IMG/VR virus record: IMGVR_UViG_3300037722_000745
Span: 32,001 to 96,000 of that record
Length of the DNA: 64,000 bases
DNA from: a virus
Lineage: Duplodnaviria > Caudoviricetes
Direction: 5' to 3' (one strand)
Shown here: piece after piece, positions 60,901 through 64,000 of the stretch
Numbering within the stretch: the first letter of the stretch is position 1
Layout: each line of letters begins with the position of its first letter
Program-made: the position numbers and the translations under genes
Notes under the pieces: generated by a model
What the model was told of the DNA's origin: nothing
The model's database searches: none
Seen by the model: only the letters and a program-made list of their open reading frames with translations

Positions 60901-63823
60901 GAGCGCTTACGATCGGGGTCGTTCCGGACGACACGTAGACCAGAGGATCAGTGAATGTATCTTGGAACGTCTGTGAACCCGCAAGAGCCACTGTCGTTGT
61001 GTTGGCCCCACTATCATAGACGGCACTTCCGATGAGATAGATCTCTTCGTTCTCGATCCGCAGCAAGCGTTCGGGCGGGAAATTAGACGTGTAATCACCA
61101 TTCCGAATGACGAACTGGTTGTTTGGGTCCCCGTTGGCATCCAGCTCGTTGATGTTAACTAACGCAGTGAGCATGGGCGGGGTGAGAACCGTGATCGTAT
61201 TCTCACCACCAACCGCCTGCGTCACGTAGTAGTCAATATAGACCCTCTCCTCGGGAGCTATCGTCGCTCCGTGAGGTAATGCGTCCGTGACCTGTGAATC
61301 CGCCAGAAAGGTGATGGTGGATAACTCTGTGTCCACTACGCATTGAATACCCAGTCGCTGCGGCCTCCCCCCACGAAAAACAGTCGGAGGAGGTGTGCTT
61401 GCTACAGTCAACCCGTTCGGGTTGAAAAACAGGGTCGAAGTTGGGATAGGATGTGGTTGCGTGATCTCTTTGCGGATCAGAAATCGGCCGTACTCCGTAA
61501 TCGGTGAGCCAGGAGCAGTCGGTGGATCGGTCGTCGGAGGCTCAGTCGTGTAGGTGACCCGGACTTCCTCCAGACCCAGCATACGATCCGTGAATTGGAT
61601 CAGACCCAAACCCGGAGAGAGGATGTAATCCACTCGGGGAACCAACTCGTTAACCCAGAATGCTTCAATCCCGAGATCCGCCGTAGCGAAATTCACGTTG
61701 CCAGTATCTTGGCTGATCTCAACAGTCCCAGCGGGTGGACTTGTGAAGGACCCGTCATCAGGCACTAGCACGGTAGTCGTAAACGTTCCTGAGTCGGACG
61801 GGCCAAGACGAAAGCTTGAAGTCTCAACGTACGCCAAAGGGACGTTCAACCTAGGCGCATTCGTGGCACTTCCAAGAGAGCGAATACGCTCGACCTTCGT
61901 AGAGGGATCGAGGAGGACCACTTCTTCAAAGAAACGGTCGGCCAACACTTCACGACCCTCATGGATACGATAGGCCACCCCTGTTTCAGCCGATGGGAAC
62001 GTCTCTACCGTCGTAATCCCAGTCGGGCCTGTGATATTCACCACCGTATAGACACCCGAAACAGAGAGCGGAGAGAGGACTTCAACAAGATGCCCGGAGG
62101 ACACCCCAGACGCTACAAAGTCAGCGTTGGTGTCAGTCAATGAGGTGCCGACCACATCCGCTCCCGAGCCGATCGTAAGACTCGAGCCGTGAAGTGTTGT
62201 GATCGAGACGACTCCAGAAATAGAGTCGAACAAGGCATCTTGTCCAAGCGTGAGCGGAACGTACGTTCCAGAGCCCGGAGCTAGTTCCAGTTCCAGCGCG
62301 AGGTTACTGGAAAGCACCAACGGGTCCGGAAGAATCACATCCGGCGAGAGCTGCACAATCGGGACAAGGACTTGCTCTTTGCGTTCAGCGTAGTAAAGCA
62401 CACCCTCGTCAAAGTCGATGAAGTACCCCAAACCAGCTGGGGGCGAAGACACATCCAGCCGCGGTAAGTTGTCTGTGATAAACGTACCTTGACCCTGAGC
62501 AACCTTCACCACAAGGGGGTAGCTCAAGTCATCGATCGGAGTTGAAGGTAGGAACACCTGAGGGGACTGGATGATCGGGTCGGCCCACACAGCGTTTGTC
62601 ACTGTGTAGATCGCCGTGACATCCTTGATGATTGACTGCGAAGCGTCCAGATTCACTGGCGTTCGAAACAAGCGAATCGTGATCCCACGCTCGATGGGTA
62701 GATCCCCCAAGTAGACCGTGACGCCTTCACCCGCATAGGTAGATTGATCTGACGCCGAAAACTGCACGTCACCTGTCACTGGATCTACCTGGACGACGCC
62801 CACCGAGCCCGACGAGAACAGTGCATTGTCGAGGAAAGTGAACTGCGGGAACTGGTAGTACGGGGACGCTCCAGGTAGGGCAAAGATCAAATCCATACCT
62901 GCCGTCATTGGCAGGGTCACTTGGCTTGGAGAGGAGATGTCGCCGAGTACCTGAGAGGGCACCTGAAGGTCCCAACCGAACAGGACGCCGTCATAGTAAA
63001 CCGGGATACCGGCGTTGTTGGCAGCGTCGGTGGTGTTGAGATTGACCCGCCCAGTGTCTGCCGCCCACTCAAAGGTCCCCGTGATGGGAGACCCGAAGGC
63101 CCCTTCAGTGGCCACCTCCACCGCCGTCAAATAGAACCCAAAACCGAACCGGAGCAAAGGAAACTGCCCCGAGCCGGGCAGTGGGTTCAGCATTAGCAGA
63201 GGGTCATCCGCAAGGCCGATTCGACCGGTCGACTCCGTGAATGTGTAGAACTGCTGTCGCTGGAATCGCACCGGCTGCCCAGCAAAGGTTGTGAGGTCCG
63301 AGGTATTCCAATGTAGGTTTCCAGTCTCCAGGGACAGTTCTACGGTTCCAGAGACGGGGCTCCCGAACGAGCTGTCGAGAGCGACGATCGTCACCACCCA
63401 GGTCATTCCGCTGCCTGTGGGCCCCACAGAGAGGCGATAGGGCGCATCCGATAGGACAGCGGCTTGAGCCGGCGCTCGGACCTTCAGGCGGTTTGTGTTG
63501 GAATCTGCGGCCAGAGTGCCTACATCGATCGGACTTGATCCTGGCAAAGTGCGAAACCGTCCCGCCCTCGCATCGTAGTCGAAACGCCGGATGACCTCAT
63601 TTTTGGTGAAACCGAACTCCGCTTGAACCAAGAGACCGTCGAGCGCTCCCTCGGACATGAGCGTGACGAGGTAATCCGTACGAGGCTCCGATTCGTCGCT
63701 TGGGTAAGCAGCATCGAAGCCCCCCTGATTCGAGATGAAATTATCTGGAGTTTGCGTGAAAGGCGAGTTCGCCTGCCCCACGCGAATTGGCTCAAGTACG
63801 TATCCAGAGATCTCAAAGGGCAT
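57899..63823 (-). CDS. very large baseplate/tail structural protein
   Basis: 1974 aa; repeated DY.ID...G.I.F-type modules; lies in the contractile-tail module. Confidence 0.75.
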   Translation of the reverse strand: MPFEISGYVLEPIRVGQANSPFTQTPDNFISNQGGFDAAYPSDESEPRTDYLVTLMSEGALDGLLVQAEFGFTKNEVIRRFDYDARAGRFRTLPGSSPIDVGTLAADSNTNRLKVRAPAQAAVLSDAPYRLSVGPTGSGMTWVVTIVALDSSFGSPVSGTVELSLETGNLHWNTSDLTTFAGQPVRFQRQQFYTFTESTGRIGLADDPLLMLNPLPGSGQFPLLRFGFGFYLTAVEVATEGAFGSPITGTFEWAADTGRVNLNTTDAANNAGIPVYYDGVLFGWDLQVPSQVLGDISSPSQVTLPMTAGMDLIFALPGASPYYQFPQFTFLDNALFSSGSVGVVQVDPVTGDVQFSASDQSTYAGEGVTVYLGDLPIERGITIRLFRTPVNLDASQSIIKDVTAIYTVTNAVWADPIIQSPQVFLPSTPIDDLSYPLVVKVAQGQGTFITDNLPRLDVSSPPAGLGYFIDFDEGVLYYAERKEQVLVPIVQLSPDVILPDPLVLSSNLALELELAPGSGTYVPLTLGQDALFDSISGVVSITTLHGSSLTIGSGADVVGTSLTDTNADFVASGVSSGHLVEVLSPLSVSGVYTVVNITGPTGITTVETFPSAETGVAYRIHEGREVLADRFFEEVVLLDPSTKVERIRSLGSATNAPRLNVPLAYVETSSFRLGPSDSGTFTTTVLVPDDGSFTSPPAGTVEISQDTGNVNFATADLGIEAFWVNELVPRVDYILSPGLGLIQFTDRMLGLEEVRVTYTTEPPTTDPPTAPGSPITEYGRFLIRKEITQPHPIPTSTLFFNPNGLTVASTPPPTVFRGGRPQRLGIQCVVDTELSTITFLADSQVTDALPHGATIAPEERVYIDYYVTQAVGGENTITVLTPPMLTALVNINELDANGDPNNQFVIRNGDYTSNFPPERLLRIENEEIYLIGSAVYDSGANTTTVALAGSQTFQDTFTDPLVYVSSGTTPIVSAPLDPSYFVPELSSFEAVARGSKTFRVTGDRLTSYRVGTVVLFTDGGSTFTDFLQVLGASYDGNTDRTEIKLASGAARQYLPGSQLLLYSVRPLFEPPTVEVRTSQVPVLTQPYTIYRKLMGEPGALLTTPQDYTIDESGRVLFTTPLLPNEEFSIFYTGLQVPVSIGINLRATYTCQVVPNGSNGLEGQILLADHFIFSPDSFYYRVETMTNFRGEYAQEIAGNASSGSSGPQTDNASQPQIFEQGRTSVYFDERHLANQDIIARSSLLFYNDAVNSLEDYLQALDGRVVGNNDGRFLFDGTTGTLNGTANQIDDIIQVSPAPYEVTYPPFAVSSIGTFRKYYLPGSRSRFYPTQRDFFAVSAVILATQPGDEVVDTKSESITAVTRLHTRLPWAVVTESTEFSGSSVLKVDLASGVEAEFADQAAKYARPPFATGMECVVQDRDGSFINGSSSPVTITSVSDYELGISGLSGVAGVGSTIYQSLIDTSGEAPTYYLLGRDFGFNSDNGQITYVPEIAVLSNTPLVEGEALSGSVNRNNTLTAPDKFPALYGGIEDDDGELSFPIQTPDPDSEQNGYLATEDKIIHDSTGLIRTLTTPTFEGAGDYDDGLQRITNSGGNWPAPLPEVNDMVRILTGTHGPSDFYRIVAVGADTLDIDTALGSNDTGFSFVVTVSDLSVTGTGDITSTDAILDDAVATFLSDVAVGHTLVKTGTGERRQITGINSNTQLTVSPAFAAPLAGAAYRVDNSLATYGDTVNDYLTDLSAAVAGQFSLYPNEQAHILNFLDIVFTDVATSGSGETNSDTVLDDASATFLTDGVSTTHYVFIQTGADAGFYQITSVNSETQLEVNPPFPATLVGVSYRVVKLFGASPESVDALFSLYLSITTLQTSANSFLSSLASVPVAGFAGNFATGLTTSILDARDVLVDSRLAAIPATVETVEEILANTDKLYDKRYAWIDARINLENGLVAQQAIAAENRVKAQQEFLNELIKLLAVEEVT

Positions 63824-64000
63824 TCAAATCACTACCCCAAAGCCAGTGCCAGCCCCACCAGACGGTGACGCTGAACCCACGATGGGCACGGGCTCTACGA
63901 AACCTGAGAACGTCGTGTCGAGACCAATGCCAATCGCCCTAGCCGTTCTTACCGGTCCTTCCCCTACCATCCCCATCGCAGCAAAACCGGCGATCATAGC
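63824..64000 (-). CDS. partial structural protein (5' end outside the window)
   Basis: Open frame ending ...FVEPVPIVGSASPSGGAGTGFGVVI-TGA directly before ATG 63823. Confidence 0.55.
   Translation of the reverse strand, partial: AMIAGFAAMGMVGEGPVRTARAIGIGLDTTFSGFVEPVPIVGSASPSGGAGTGFGVVI

Noticed and set aside
60940-60960. Duplicated spacer at 32708 (reverse frame ITDPLVDLSRV) versus own FTDPLVYVSSG
   Set aside because: About 13/18 nt identity only; suggestive but unsupported.
1-64000. Search for cas genes, anti-CRISPRs, tRNAs, rRNAs, integrases and transposases
   Set aside because: I recognised no Cas1, Cas2, Cas3, Cas5, Cas6, Cas7, Cas10, RuvC-effector or recombinase motifs in any ORF and no tRNA cloverleaf. 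Absence is by eye only and applies only to this window.
1-64000. Alternative genetic code (stop-codon recoding as in some jumbo phages)
   Set aside because: Standard code gives near-complete coding density with ORFs up to 1974 aa and tight stop/start coupling.

Overview
This window is a gene-dense 64-kb segment of a large tailed phage with a contractile tail, most likely a jumbo-type myovirus. A myxobacteria-style Cys-rich lipoprotein points to a Myxococcota host (inference). Left part (1-16.4 kb, minus strand): nucleotide and replication genes, including ThyX, 5'-deoxyribonucleotidase, a DUF2997/DUF1257/Ycf46-type AAA triad, family-A DNA polymerase, a primase zinc finger, DnaB, a DnaC-like protein and an intein-containing SNF2 helicase. 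Middle part (16.4-24.7 kb): accessory genes, including a BCS1-like AAA ATPase, a PyrE-HD(RelA/SpoT) fusion, a lethal-factor-like zinc peptidase, a J-domain protein, two AdoMetDC paralogues and a putative lysis cassette. Right part (24.7-64 kb): a long minus-strand baseplate/tail-fibre operon. The standout feature is a plus-strand island inside that operon (29.1-33.6 kb): leader + CRISPR array 1, then a Cys-rich lipoprotein gene, then a duplicated leader + CRISPR array 2. No cas gene is present in the window. One spacer matches this phage's own virion gene at 34/38 nt next to a TTC PAM, with all mismatches in the seed, and a second spacer appears homologous to the phage's baseplate gene. This suggests the phage borrows host Cas proteins to attack close relatives. 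All calls come from motif recognition and hand alignment; no database searches were run.
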